NCBI GenBank assembly: GCA_965214935.1
Contig: CBDCCS010000021.1
Span: 160,001-224,000, forward strand
Origin: Candidatus Velthaea sp.
GTDB taxonomy: Bacteria > Vulcanimicrobiota > Vulcanimicrobiia > Vulcanimicrobiales > Vulcanimicrobiaceae
Direction of reading: 5' to 3'
DNA length: 64,000 nucleotides
Positions 1 to 9,254 of the stretch are shown in pieces; the stretch's first letter is position 1, and each line of letters starts with the position of its first letter. Below the pieces are notes generated by a model, which saw nothing but the letters and a program-made list of their open reading frames with translations, made no database searches and was not told the DNA's origin. The position numbers and the translations under genes are program-made.

Positions 1-84
1 CGTTTCCCGTGCCGGTGTATCGCGCGATGCGATTGGCCAAGCGTTAAGAATACGCCGCCGGCGACCGGCGGTTATGGCGCCGGT

Positions 85-113
85 TTGACGCTGATGCCGG
101 AATTTGCTAAGAT
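85..113 (+). promoter_or_regulatory. sigma70-type promoter of the infC operon
   Basis: TTGACG (85-90), 17-nt spacer, extended -10 TG-C-TAAGAT (105-113), directly upstream of the structured leader. Confidence 0.75.
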
Positions 114-119
114 CGGCAG

Positions 120-238
120 GCCGAAGCAGGACCACGCGGTCCTCACCGGATGCCTCTGGCAATCCGGTTCTACTCTAAATAGGCCGCATAGGAGCGGTTT
201 GTCATGAGCGGGATGCTTCGGCATCGCCGTCTTTTTAC
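120..238 (+). ncRNA. Putative ribosomal protein L20 leader / attenuator upstream of infC-rpmI-rplT
   Basis: AAGCAGGACCACGCGGTCCTCACC resembles the 5' hairpin of the Firmicute infC L20 leader. A second hairpin (CCGGAT-GCC...GGC-AATCCGG) follows, then a terminator-like GATGC-TTCG-GCATC stem and TTTTT at 232-236. Confidence 0.6.
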
Positions 239-258
239 TCTATGCCGGAGGGCAAGCC

Positions 259-957
259 ATAGCACGACCGCTTCGTATCAACGACCAAATTCGCATTCGC
301 ACCGTTCGCGTCATCGACGAGGATAGTACACAACTCGGCGTGATGCCGACGGAGAACGCGCTTGCGCTGGCCCGTCAAAAGGGGCTGGACCTCATCGAAG
401 TTTCACCCACCGCGGTTCCGCCGGTGTGTCGAATCAGCGATTACGGCCGGCTTAAATACGAGCAGTCGAAAAAAGATAAAGACGCGCGCAAAAAGCAGAA
501 GAATTGGGAGTTGCGCGAAGTCAAGCTGCGGCCGAAGATCGAGACGCACGATTACGAAGTCAAGGCACGCATGGCCGAACGCCTGCTGCAAGACGGCGGT
601 AAAGTCAAAGTCACGATCATGTTTCGCGGTCGCGAGATCACCTACACGTCGTTTGGAAAACGGCTGCTCGATCGCATGGCCGTCGACATGGCGAATATTG
701 CGATTCTCGAGCGTGAGGCGAAACTCGAAGGCAAGAACATGTTTATGATTTTGGCACCGCGCGCCGTTCCGCTCGGACCGCCGAAATTCACGCACGTGAA
801 AGATTCGGCCGTTGAAGCCGCCGCGAAAAAAGACGCGGAAGAAGAAGCGCTGCACGACGGCGACGATCTGCACGAAGTGGCCGAACACGAAGTGTTCGCA
901 GAGCCCATCCTCGTGCAAGCCGAACGGATCGTGGATCCGGTTACGCAACCAGTTTAA
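259..957 (+). CDS. infC: Translation initiation factor IF-3 (non-canonical ATA start)
   Basis: The frame extends upstream of the ORF-track start as IARPLRINDQIRIRTVRVID (the IF-3 N-terminal motif). GGAGG SD at 247-251 precedes ATA at 259. Core motifs GLDLIEV, PPVCRI, DYG, KVKVTIMFRGRE. Confidence 0.97.
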   Translation: MARPLRINDQIRIRTVRVIDEDSTQLGVMPTENALALARQKGLDLIEVSPTAVPPVCRISDYGRLKYEQSKKDKDARKKQKNWELREVKLRPKIETHDYEVKARMAERLLQDGGKVKVTIMFRGREITYTSFGKRLLDRMAVDMANIAILEREAKLEGKNMFMILAPRAVPLGPPKFTHVKDSAVEAAAKKDAEEEALHDGDDLHEVAEHEVFAEPILVQAERIVDPVTQPV

Positions 958-981
958 GCACCTACAATTCCGGGAGACGTC

Positions 982-1188
982 ATGCCGAAGATCAGGACCC
1001 ATCGGGGGACCGCCAAACGCGTCAAGGTGAGTGCAAATGGTAAAGTCATGCACCGGCACCAATTCAGCGGTTGCGGCCACATTTTGAGCAAAAAGACGCG
1101 CAAGCGCAAGCGGAACTTCCGTAAGGACCAGCCCGTTTTTGCCGGAGATCTCAAGCGTTTCGCGCCGCAGATCCCCTATTTGCTCTAA
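982..1188 (+). CDS. rpmI: 50S ribosomal protein L35
   Basis: MPKIRTHRGTAKR...HILSKK; lies between infC and rplT. Confidence 0.97.
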   Translation: MPKIRTHRGTAKRVKVSANGKVMHRHQFSGCGHILSKKTRKRKRNFRKDQPVFAGDLKRFAPQIPYLL

Positions 1189-1202
1189 GGAGATTCTGAT
1201 CG

Positions 1203-1583
1203 ATGGCACGTATCAAGCGCGGCGTTCACGGTATGAAACACCGCCGCAAAGTCATGAAACTCGTCAAGGGTTTCCGGGCGGCGCGGCGGCGTAATTATCG
1301 GGTCGCCAACGAAGCACTGCTGCACTCGCTTGCCTATGCATTTCGCGATCGCCGCGTGCGTAAGCGCGATTTTCGCTCGCTGTGGATTTCACGTATCAAT
1401 GCCGCCGCCCGGCGTGAAGGTCTTTCATATTCACGTTTCATGGCCGGTTTGAAGAAAAGCGGGATTACGGTCAATCGTAAAGCGCTCGCCGATCTCGCCG
1501 TGCACGATGCCGCTGCGTTCGGACAGCTGCTCTCGGCTGCGAAGAGTTCGCTGGGCCTCGGCAGCGAGAGTGCCGCAGCCTAG
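1203..1583 (+). CDS. rplT: 50S ribosomal protein L20
   Basis: [40 protein letters not shown]. Confidence 0.98.
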   Translation: MARIKRGVHGMKHRRKVMKLVKGFRAARRRNYRVANEALLHSLAYAFRDRRVRKRDFRSLWISRINAAARREGLSYSRFMAGLKKSGITVNRKALADLAVHDAAAFGQLLSAAKSSLGLGSESAAA

Positions 1584-1625
1584 TCTCGGGCGGGTACCGA
1601 TACCGGCCTCCGCGACGCACGCATG

Positions 1626-2489
1626 CTAGATGACGTGAATGGCGTCGTTGAGGTCGGACCCTGCAAGCAGTAGTTGCACGAGCACGTCTTCGGCGCGGCC
1701 GGAGCCCGAGCGGAGCGGTTCGATGATATCGTGCGAGGGCGGCAGACCGTCAAGCCGATGAACGGCGACCGCTCCCGACGCGGCCCGCCAGCGTTTGGCT
1801 AGTCGCAAGACGGCGCGGTTGTTCACCGACGATTCGCCGGCATTGATGACCAAATCGATGACCCGGGCCCGAGGCGTACGGTCGGCGTCGGCATACACAG
1901 CATCGGCAATCCGCAAACCGACCGCAAGTGCATGTAGCGGGTAACGCGGGTATCCGTGCGCCGGAAGTTGACGCTCGCGTTCGACAGGATCCCACCACAA
2001 AAATAGATTCGGCATTTTCTCGATGAGCGGGATGAGCGTCGGATGCAGTTCGTGCGGTAGCGATGCAATGCCTAAAAACGGAGCGATGGCGACGATGCGA
2101 TCGACCGCCGGCAACGTAGCGGCAGCATGAATCGCGAGCGTCCCGCCGATCGAATGACCGCCGATAACAACCTCGCGCACCTCGCGCGCGACCGCCGCGA
2201 CGACTTTCTGCAGATCGGCCGTGAGCAGCTCTGCCGTTAACCCTTCGAGCGCAAAAGTGAGCCGGTCCCGGTACCCGTGCAAGGGCAAGCGCAAAACGAT
2301 AACCGTTGCGCCGCGCAGGTGCAATTGCCGGGCAATCGATGACCACGCCCGCGGGCTTGCCGTAAGACCGTGCAGCAGGAGAATCGCCGTATCGCCGGTC
2401 CCTTCGACGATCGTCGAACGCATGTCTTCGGCGACCGCACCGTCGGCCGCGTCGCGATCGTTTAAAAACGCGCGCAGTTCCGCAATCAC
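1626..2489 (-). CDS. Alpha/beta hydrolase (carboxylesterase/lysophospholipase-like)
   Basis: LLHGLTASP, PLHG, nucleophile elbow GHSIGG, C-terminal SHD. Confidence 0.85.
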   Translation of the reverse strand: MIAELRAFLNDRDAADGAVAEDMRSTIVEGTGDTAILLLHGLTASPRAWSSIARQLHLRGATVIVLRLPLHGYRDRLTFALEGLTAELLTADLQKVVAAVAREVREVVIGGHSIGGTLAIHAAATLPAVDRIVAIAPFLGIASLPHELHPTLIPLIEKMPNLFLWWDPVERERQLPAHGYPRYPLHALAVGLRIADAVYADADRTPRARVIDLVINAGESSVNNRAVLRLAKRWRAASGAVAVHRLDGLPPSHDIIEPLRSGSGRAEDVLVQLLLAGSDLNDAIHVI

Positions 2490-2881
2490 GCGCCGGCGTC
2501 ACTCGCCAGCGCAATCATCGCAAAGGCCCGCTCGACGTCGGCGAGCGCCTCGGCATCAATTGCCGACCGCAACGTGCGCAGACCGCTGCGCACGAATGTC
2601 CGCGCTTCATCGCCGCGCACGGCAAGGACCGCTCGCAGTAAACTTAGGCCGTCATCGACGGCGCGCGCGAACCCGTCGCGAATGGCTCGTCGAGCGTCGT
2701 CAGGCGGAATCCGGGTGCCGGCCGTGTCGGTAGCGAGCATGAGAACGTAATCGAGTGAGGCCGCGGTCGCCAACACCCGATGCGTCAGCCCGACGACCGT
2801 CGGGCGGTCGCCGTAATGCCGGATACCGCTCATTAGCAGGCCTTGCAACGCGCCTGCAATCAGCGCGCGGTCAGCGCCCAC
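2486..2881 (-). CDS. Hypothetical protein
   Basis: Fills the gap between the NUDIX and hydrolase genes with overlapping junctions; no motif recognised. Confidence 0.55.
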   Translation of the reverse strand: MGADRALIAGALQGLLMSGIRHYGDRPTVVGLTHRVLATAASLDYVLMLATDTAGTRIPPDDARRAIRDGFARAVDDGLSLLRAVLAVRGDEARTFVRSGLRTLRSAIDAEALADVERAFAMIALASDAGA

Positions 2882-3375
2882 ATTACGGCAATCTGTGTTT
2901 TTGCATCGGGTAACGCATCGGCTGCAATCATTGCATGTAATTCATCAAGATCGAACGCGTGCGTTTCTATGTCTTCTCCCGCATCAAAATCGGTCGGCCC
3001 GGCCGTTAGCCCGTCGGCGACGAAGAAGTGCAGCAACTCGGTGCAAAATCCGGGCGCCGAATAGGCCGTCCACAAACGCCGCAACGAGCCGGCAGTAAAG
3101 CCGGTCTCTTCACGCAACTCCCGGCGCGCAGCTTCGAGCGGCTCTTCGCCCGGATCGATTCCGCCGGCGCAAACTTCCCAGCTAAAGCCGCCCAGCGGCG
3201 GACGAAATTGCCGGACGAGCACGAGCTGATCCGGTGACGAACGCGCGATCACCGCGACCGCTCCGGTGTGTTCGACGATCTCGTAATCGTGCTCGCCGCG
3301 CGGCGTTTGCAACGTATCGACGCGCACGTTCACGACATGCCCTTCGTAAATGCGACGGCTGCGAATACGCTCCAT
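2860..3375 (-). CDS. NUDIX hydrolase, ADP-ribose pyrophosphatase (NudF)-like
   Basis: Nudix box AGGIDPGEEPLEAARRELREETG, RQFR, SAPGF, DAKT. Start set at MERIRSRRIYEG (3387 is an alternative). Confidence 0.9.
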   Translation of the reverse strand: MERIRSRRIYEGHVVNVRVDTLQTPRGEHDYEIVEHTGAVAVIARSSPDQLVLVRQFRPPLGGFSWEVCAGGIDPGEEPLEAARRELREETGFTAGSLRRLWTAYSAPGFCTELLHFFVADGLTAGPTDFDAGEDIETHAFDLDELHAMIAADALPDAKTQIAVMWALTAR

Positions 3376-3409
3376 ACCACGCCCCATACCCGGGTATACT
3401 GGCGACACT

Positions 3410-3685
3410 ATGCAATACGATTCACGTAAGGATACTCTCGCCAAAGACCGCGATGAGGCAACGGACCGGCTTGGATCGGCGCGACCCGACAACGATCCGA
3501 TTTCGAGCGGGAGTGCGACGACCGGCGCCGTGCCGACCGAGCTTGTCGCCGCCGACGTCATTCCCGTCGATGTGCGCCCGATCGAAGGCATTCCGGCCGA
3601 AACGCAAGCCGTCGACTTCATCACGCCCGACGGACGCCCGCGTGAATTTCGTCCGCGTGAGGTTATCCCGGCCGAGGGACGCTAG
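3410..3685 (+). CDS. Hypothetical small acidic protein
   Basis: ATG at 3410, divergent from the NUDIX gene; fills the gap; no motif. Confidence 0.5.
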   Translation: MQYDSRKDTLAKDRDEATDRLGSARPDNDPISSGSATTGAVPTELVAADVIPVDVRPIEGIPAETQAVDFITPDGRPREFRPREVIPAEGR

Positions 3686-4053
3686 GGCGCCTCGCCGTGC
3701 GCGCCGCCGACTTTGAGTCGTGCGTAGATGGTAATCATGTCGAACACCAGCGCGACCTCTGCCGCGGCGATGCACGATCCGGGGATCCACTTGGCCGGCG
3801 CCAGGATATCGGCTAAAGCCAGTACCGCCGTTACGAGATAGGCAACGTATTTGGTAATGATTACACGCGTGTCGTCACCGGGATCGCGATAAGCGCGACG
3901 GAGCGCAAGCGCCGCTCCGGCGACCAGCACCACGATCGCAATCGCCGCAACCAGACGATGTGTCGCGAGATTCGCAAGAACCAGCTTGCCGCCCAATGCG
4001 ACCAGCACGGCGATGATGGCGAGCGACACGATCTCAATGAGGCGGGGGTTCAT
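3682..4053 (-). CDS. Hypothetical membrane protein (about 4 TM segments)
   Basis: Four hydrophobic stretches; start at MNPRLIE. Confidence 0.6.
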   Translation of the reverse strand: MNPRLIEIVSLAIIAVLVALGGKLVLANLATHRLVAAIAIVVLVAGAALALRRAYRDPGDDTRVIITKYVAYLVTAVLALADILAPAKWIPGSCIAAAEVALVFDMITIYARLKVGGAHGEAP

Positions 4054-4105
4054 CCCGCAACGGTTCGGCAAGAAGCAAGCGACTCCGGCGGGAAGCGTCG
4101 TGCGA

Positions 4106-4873
4106 ATGGTGACCGAGCTCGGAGCTCATAGCCCGCGGATCGAACGCGTTCGCGATTTGCTGACGGCGCGCGGGCGCCGGGCGCAGGGACGGTACGGTAT
4201 CGAGGGTCCGACGCTCATTGCCGAGGCGCAACGCAGTGCCGTCCGGATTTGCGAGCTATACGCGGTCGCCGCATCGCTCGCCGAGCATCCGGCGCTCGCG
4301 AATGATGCGACGCTGCCCGTTTTTATCGTGTCGGGCAAAGTGTTCGCCCGTCTGTCGGACCTGGACGCGCCCACCGGTCTGCTGGCCGTCGTCGACGTGG
4401 CAGCCGCCGACCCGCTCGATATTCTCGCGCGGCCAGGTACGGTGCTGCTGCTTGCCGGTGTCAACGATCCGGGCAACGCCGGCACCCTCGTACGCTCGGC
4501 TGAGGCATTCGGCGCGGCCGGCGTTCTGTTCGGTAGCGGCGGCGTGGATCCGTTTTCGCCCAAGGTGGTGCGCGCGGCGATGGGTTCGCTTTTCCGCGTC
4601 CCGGTGGCGACGATCGGCGCGCCCGCTCTGCTAGCGGCCCTCGCGCAGACGCAGCGCGTGTTGCTTGCCGCGGATGCCGCGGGTGACGACATCGGGCTAA
4701 TCGAGCGACTCAGTGACGCGGTGCTGGCGATCGGAAACGAACGCTGCGGCGTCCGCGACTGGCTGCCGCGATGGGATCGAGCGGTGAAGATACCGCAAAC
4801 CGGCGCCGCGGAAAGCTTAAATGCAGCCGTCGCCGGCAGCATCCTCCTCTACGTTCTTTCACGCAATGGTTAA
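4106..4873 (+). CDS. TrmH/SpoU-family RNA methyltransferase
   Basis: IEG, DPGNAGTLVRSAEAFG, RAAMGS, IGNE, ESLNAAVAGSILLY. Typical position upstream of pheS. Confidence 0.93.
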   Translation: MVTELGAHSPRIERVRDLLTARGRRAQGRYGIEGPTLIAEAQRSAVRICELYAVAASLAEHPALANDATLPVFIVSGKVFARLSDLDAPTGLLAVVDVAAADPLDILARPGTVLLLAGVNDPGNAGTLVRSAEAFGAAGVLFGSGGVDPFSPKVVRAAMGSLFRVPVATIGAPALLAALAQTQRVLLAADAAGDDIGLIERLSDAVLAIGNERCGVRDWLPRWDRAVKIPQTGAAESLNAAVAGSILLYVLSRNG

Positions 4874-4922
4874 GAGTTGTCAACACCTGTCAAGCCGCCG
4901 AAAAACCCATGCTTGTCAAGAC

Positions 4923-4951
4923 TTGGCGGCTCATTCGGCCGATGCTATACT
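4923..4951 (+). promoter_or_regulatory. sigma70-type promoter upstream of the yqzL-like gene and pheST
   Basis: TTGGCG (4923-4928), 17 nt, extended -10 TG-C-TATACT (4943-4951). Confidence 0.6.
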
Positions 4952-5031
4952 CGCAGCAATAACGGTCAGGGACATGCCTCGTCACGGTTGAATTTTTGCA
5001 CGGAACGTTGGAAAAGGGGTATCGCCGACAG

Positions 5032-5133
5032 ATGCGCACTTCGGAGATTTTCTGGAAACTGTTCGCCAGCACCGGATCGATCAACGCGTATATCATGTAT
5101 CGTCACCTACATCCGGCCCCGACCACGTCGTAG
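5032..5133 (+). CDS. YqzL-like small protein (33 aa), absent from the ORF track
   Basis: MRTSEIFWKLFASTGSINAYIMYRHLHPAPTTS* matches the YqzL-family W-x-x-F-x-x-TG-x-I-x-AY pattern; purine-rich SD-like AAAAGGGG upstream. Confidence 0.8.
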   Translation: MRTSEIFWKLFASTGSINAYIMYRHLHPAPTTS

Positions 5134-5171
5134 AATCGTAGCTGCCGGCCGGCTTAGCCGGCACCGGACTC

Positions 5172-5216
5172 CAAAGATCGTTGCAACGCCCGGTAACAAC
5201 CGGGCGTTCATCTTTG
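5172..5216 (+). terminator. Long hairpin between the yqzL-like gene and pheS (terminator or attenuator)
   Basis: Perfect 10-bp stem AACGCCCGGT-AACA-ACCGGGCGTT, extended by CAAAGAT/ATCTTTG. Confidence 0.5.
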
Positions 5217-5258
5217 CGGGGCGCTTTTGCTCCGGACGTTCGAGATCTAGCGAGTTAC

Positions 5259-6287
5259 ATGACCACTCTTGAGGAGTCTTTGCGCGATCTGGCCGCGCGG
5301 TTCGATGCGGCGCTGATTCGAGCGCAGGACGAATCCGCGCTTGACGAGGTGCGCGTGGCGTATTTGGGACGGACGGGCGAACTTACGCTCGTGCGCCGCA
5401 GCATCGGTACGCTGCCGCCTGCCGAGCGGCCCACGGCCGGCAAAATCATCAACGTCGCTGCCGCAGAACTCGAAGAACGGCTTGCACGTGCGCGCGCGAC
5501 GCTCGAGACGGCGTCGCTCGAAGCGTCGCTTGGCGACACGATCGACGTTACGTTTCCCGGTCCGCCGGCGCGAATCGGCTTCATCCATCCCGTCCGTGCG
5601 GTCCTTGCCGACATTGCCCGCTATTTTTCGCGGCACGGCTTCGCCATCGTGCTCGGACCCGAGATCGAGACCGACGCCAACAACTTCGACGCTCTGAACA
5701 TTCCGCCCGATCATCCAGCCCGCGAAGGCTTCGATTCGTTCTACCTGCGTCCGGATCTGCTGCTGCGGACCCACACCTCACCAATGCAAATCCGCGCGAT
5801 GCGTACCAGCGGACCGCCGATTGCAATTATCGTTCCGGGCAAAGCGTACCGCCGCGACGCCGTCGATGCGCGACACCTCTACCAGTTCCACCAAGTCGAA
5901 GGGCTGATGGTCGGCTCGGGCATCCATTTCGGTCATCTCAAAGGGATGCTGACCGGAATGATGCGCGAGCTGTTCGGAGCGCAGCAAGAGATCCGCTTTC
6001 GTCCGTCGTTCTTTCCGTTTACCGAGCCGAGCGCGGAAGTCGACGTTTCCTGTCCGGGCTGTAACGGCAGCGGTTGCCGAACGTGCAGCGGTTCGGGTTG
6101 GATCGAGATCGGCGGCTCGGGCATGGTGCATCCCAACGTCTTACGCAGCGTCGGTTACGATCCGAACGCGGTAACCGGCTGGGCATTCGGTTGCGGCTTG
6201 GAACGAATCGCCATGAAAAAATACGACTTGAGCGACATTCGCGACCTCGTGGAAAACGCGCCGGCGCTCATGGAACAACTGGCATAG
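5259..6287 (+). CDS. pheS: Phenylalanine-tRNA ligase alpha subunit
   Basis: NFDALNIPPDHPAR, LRTHTSPMQ, FHQVEG, RPSFFPFTEPSAE, GWAFGCGLERIAM; includes a CxxC...CxxC insert. Confidence 0.98.
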   Translation: MTTLEESLRDLAARFDAALIRAQDESALDEVRVAYLGRTGELTLVRRSIGTLPPAERPTAGKIINVAAAELEERLARARATLETASLEASLGDTIDVTFPGPPARIGFIHPVRAVLADIARYFSRHGFAIVLGPEIETDANNFDALNIPPDHPAREGFDSFYLRPDLLLRTHTSPMQIRAMRTSGPPIAIIVPGKAYRRDAVDARHLYQFHQVEGLMVGSGIHFGHLKGMLTGMMRELFGAQQEIRFRPSFFPFTEPSAEVDVSCPGCNGSGCRTCSGSGWIEIGGSGMVHPNVLRSVGYDPNAVTGWAFGCGLERIAMKKYDLSDIRDLVENAPALMEQLA

Positions 6288-8656
6288 TGCGCGCACCGCT
6301 GGCATGGCTGCGCGATTACGTCGATCTGCCCGACGACACCGCGGCCATCGTCGCAAAATTAGCGACGCTCGGTTTTCCGGTTGAAACCGTCGAAGCGCGG
6401 CCGTCGATCTCCGGTGTCGTCGCGGGCACGATCGTTGCGGTGACGAAACATCCGAACGCCGACCGGCTCGTCGTGTGTACGCTCGACGTCGGCGCACCGG
6501 CGATGCTTACGATCGCAACGGCGGCGACGAATGTAGCCGAAGGCCAGATCGTCCCCGTTGCGCGGATCGGCGCGCGTCTGCCGCAGCTTACGATCGAGCC
6601 GCGCAAGATGCGCGGTGTCGACTCGCAGGGGATGTTGTGTTCGGCCGACGAGCTGGGTTTGCCGGCCGAATGGTTCGACGACGGCATCATGCAACTCGAT
6701 GCCGGCGTGCCGAACGGCACCGACATCGTCCGCTTTTTCGGTCTCGATGCGCCGGTTCTCGACGTGGAAGTCGGCGCGAATCGCGGCGATGCGTTGTGCA
6801 TGGTCGGGATCGCGCGCGAGCTTGCCGCCGGCTTTGATTCCATCTTGCGAATGCCCGATACGACGTCGCGGGCCGTCGACGGCGATGCGGGCAACGTCCG
6901 CGTCACGCTCGAAAGTCTCGACGTTCGCCGCTACGTCGCACAGCGTGTCACGGGGCTTACGGTCCGCCCTGCAAGCGCGTGGATCCGCATTCGGCTCGCG
7001 CTTGCCGGGCAGCGCCCGATCTCGAATCTCGTCGACATCTCGAACTTCGTAATGCTCGAACTTGGCCAACCTTTGCACTTTTTCGATTATGCTAAGATCG
7101 CGGGCAAACACATCATCGTGCGCGACGCACGCCCCGAGGAAGTCCTGACCACGCTCGACGGCGTCGAGCGCGCGCTCGATCCGACCGCACTGGTCATTGC
7201 GGATGAAGCTCGTGCGACAGGCCTAGCGGGGCTCATGGGCGGCCTCATCAGCGAAGTCTCCGCCACGACGCGTGAGATCGTCATTGAAAGTGCCAACTTT
7301 GCCGGACCGCGCATCCGGCGCATGAGCGTCAAGCTCGGGCTGCGCACCGAAGCTTCGACTCGCAACGAAAAGCAGCTGCCGATCGCCTTCGCCGACCTGG
7401 CCGCGCACCGCGCTGCCCAGCTGCTCGCGCTCGAAGGCGGTAGCGTTTATCCGCCGCGAACGTACGGCGTTGCACTCCCTGAATCCGCGCCGATCGCGCT
7501 GACCCGTACCGACGTAGAACGTCTGCTCGGCGTTGCGCTGTCGCTTAGTGAAATGCAGCAAGCGCTGGAAAAGCTCGGATTCGCGGTCGAGCCTCTGATC
7601 GACGGCGACGTCGAGCGTCTAGCCGTCACGGTGCCCGTTTGGCGCGCCGATGTAACGATCGCACCGGACCTCGTCGAAGAGATTGCGCGCATCATCGGCT
7701 ACGATCGTTTACACGCCGAAATCCCGCCGATTGCGCCGCAGGCGCTGCAAAGCGAGACATTCGATCGCGAGATGACCCTTGCCGCAACGCTGGCAGGGCT
7801 CGGTTATCAAGAATGCCTGACGCTCGCGCTGCAGCCGCGCACGATTGCCGACGGCTGGCGCCGGTTCGGCATCGACGTCGCGCCGGTCGTCGAAATACGC
7901 AATCCGCTGTCGGAAGATCAGCGCTACATGCGGTTTTCGCTGCTCCCGGCGCTACTCGAACACGCGGCGCGCGAACGTGCGGTGCGGCCGCTCAAAACCT
8001 TCGAGCTCGGTCATATTTTCGCCGAGGTCGCCGGCGAACCGATCGAAACAAACGCGGCCGCAATTTTGATCGTAAGTAAGCCCGTAGCAGGTCAACCGGT
8101 TTGGCGCGATGCCGCGTTTTTGGCAGCAGCGAGTGACGTTACCGCCTTGCTGCGTGCGCTTACGGGTGGCGATGCGCGCCTACAACGCGGCGCGGCACCC
8201 GGTCTGCATCCGGGAAAAACGGCGGAGATTTTCTGTAACGACATTTCCGTCGGCTTCATCGGCAGTGTCGATCCGCGACTCAAACGTGCAGCCGATCTCG
8301 ATGACGACGCGGTTGCAGCCCTGCTGCTCATCGATGCCTTACCGCAGCGCATGATTCGGCGTTACGTCCCGCTCTCAAAGTATCCGGCGGTCGAACGCGA
8401 TCTTTCCATAATCGTCGATCCGGCTGTTGCCGCTGGCGCATTGCTTGCGACGATTCGGGCCGCGGAACTCGTGCGTAGCGCAAAGATTTTCGATGAGTAT
8501 CGTGGACCGCAAATCGGTTCTGACAAAAAAAGTATCGCCGTGCGCGTGGTGCTGCAGCGCGACGACGCAACGCTAACCGATGCGGATGCCGACGCCGCGA
8601 TCGGTACGATCGTCGCGCGGTTGCGCGCTACGCACGACGCGATTTTACGCGAATGA
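6287..8656 (+). CDS. pheT: Phenylalanine-tRNA ligase beta subunit
   Basis: GTG start overlaps the pheS TAG. HPNADRL, MRGVDSQGMLCS, NRGDAL, GQPLHFFD, DLVEEIARIIGY, SKYPAVERD. Confidence 0.97.
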   Translation: MRAPLAWLRDYVDLPDDTAAIVAKLATLGFPVETVEARPSISGVVAGTIVAVTKHPNADRLVVCTLDVGAPAMLTIATAATNVAEGQIVPVARIGARLPQLTIEPRKMRGVDSQGMLCSADELGLPAEWFDDGIMQLDAGVPNGTDIVRFFGLDAPVLDVEVGANRGDALCMVGIARELAAGFDSILRMPDTTSRAVDGDAGNVRVTLESLDVRRYVAQRVTGLTVRPASAWIRIRLALAGQRPISNLVDISNFVMLELGQPLHFFDYAKIAGKHIIVRDARPEEVLTTLDGVERALDPTALVIADEARATGLAGLMGGLISEVSATTREIVIESANFAGPRIRRMSVKLGLRTEASTRNEKQLPIAFADLAAHRAAQLLALEGGSVYPPRTYGVALPESAPIALTRTDVERLLGVALSLSEMQQALEKLGFAVEPLIDGDVERLAVTVPVWRADVTIAPDLVEEIARIIGYDRLHAEIPPIAPQALQSETFDREMTLAATLAGLGYQECLTLALQPRTIADGWRRFGIDVAPVVEIRNPLSEDQRYMRFSLLPALLEHAARERAVRPLKTFELGHIFAEVAGEPIETNAAAILIVSKPVAGQPVWRDAAFLAAASDVTALLRALTGGDARLQRGAAPGLHPGKTAEIFCNDISVGFIGSVDPRLKRAADLDDDAVAALLLIDALPQRMIRRYVPLSKYPAVERDLSIIVDPAVAAGALLATIRAAELVRSAKIFDEYRGPQIGSDKKSIAVRVVLQRDDATLTDADADAAIGTIVARLRATHDAILRE

Positions 8657-9189
8657 GCTTGACCTGGCCGGATCTCGTCATCGGCGGCCTTGCGCTGATG
8701 TTCGCGCTCAAAGGCTGGAAGCGCGGCTTCGTGTCGGAATTAGCCGGAGCAGTTGCGGCATTCGTGGCAATCGTTGCAGCGATTCGCTATCCCGGTTCGC
8801 TCGACGATCTCGCGCAGCGCTACGCGCATGCAAGTGCGGGTGCCGCCCACGTTGTCGGCATGGTCGTCTTCGCCGTCGCCGTGTATGCCGCCGTCATGGC
8901 CGTGGCATGGATCTTCAGCCGCTTTGCAAAGCTGCCGGTCATATCGTTCGGCAATGCAATCGGCGGCGTGCTTGTCGGCTTGACCAAAGCGTTCGTCGGC
9001 GCGTGGGCCGTCTTGTACGTGGCATTATTTTTCCCGCTTACGCATGACATTCGCACGGATCTGCGGCGATCGACGATGGTCGGCATCGTGACGCAGCCGA
9101 ACCGGACGGTCGATGGATTGATGCGCGGCGCGCTGCCGTCGTTCGTCAAGCCGTTTGCCGACCCGATCTTTACCAATCATCGTGTCTAA
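8653..9189 (+). CDS. CvpA (colicin V production) family membrane protein
   Basis: N-terminal D...GWKRGFVSE pattern, four TM segments, GGVLVGLTK; ATGA overlap with pheT. Confidence 0.85.
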   Translation: MSLTWPDLVIGGLALMFALKGWKRGFVSELAGAVAAFVAIVAAIRYPGSLDDLAQRYAHASAGAAHVVGMVVFAVAVYAAVMAVAWIFSRFAKLPVISFGNAIGGVLVGLTKAFVGAWAVLYVALFFPLTHDIRTDLRRSTMVGIVTQPNRTVDGLMRGALPSFVKPFADPIFTNHRV

Positions 9190-9254
9190 GCACCGTATGA
9201 AAAGATACAGAAAATCTGTTTTGCGGGTATACTGATGGCCTGAAAGGGATTCTC

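Noticed and set aside
1..47. 3' end of an upstream plus-strand gene (FPVPVYRAMRLAKR*)
   Set aside because: Too short to support.
4952..5258. T-box riboswitch upstream of pheS
   Set aside because: No GGTGGNACC-type T-box or specifier-loop pattern found; the space is explained by a small ORF and hairpins.
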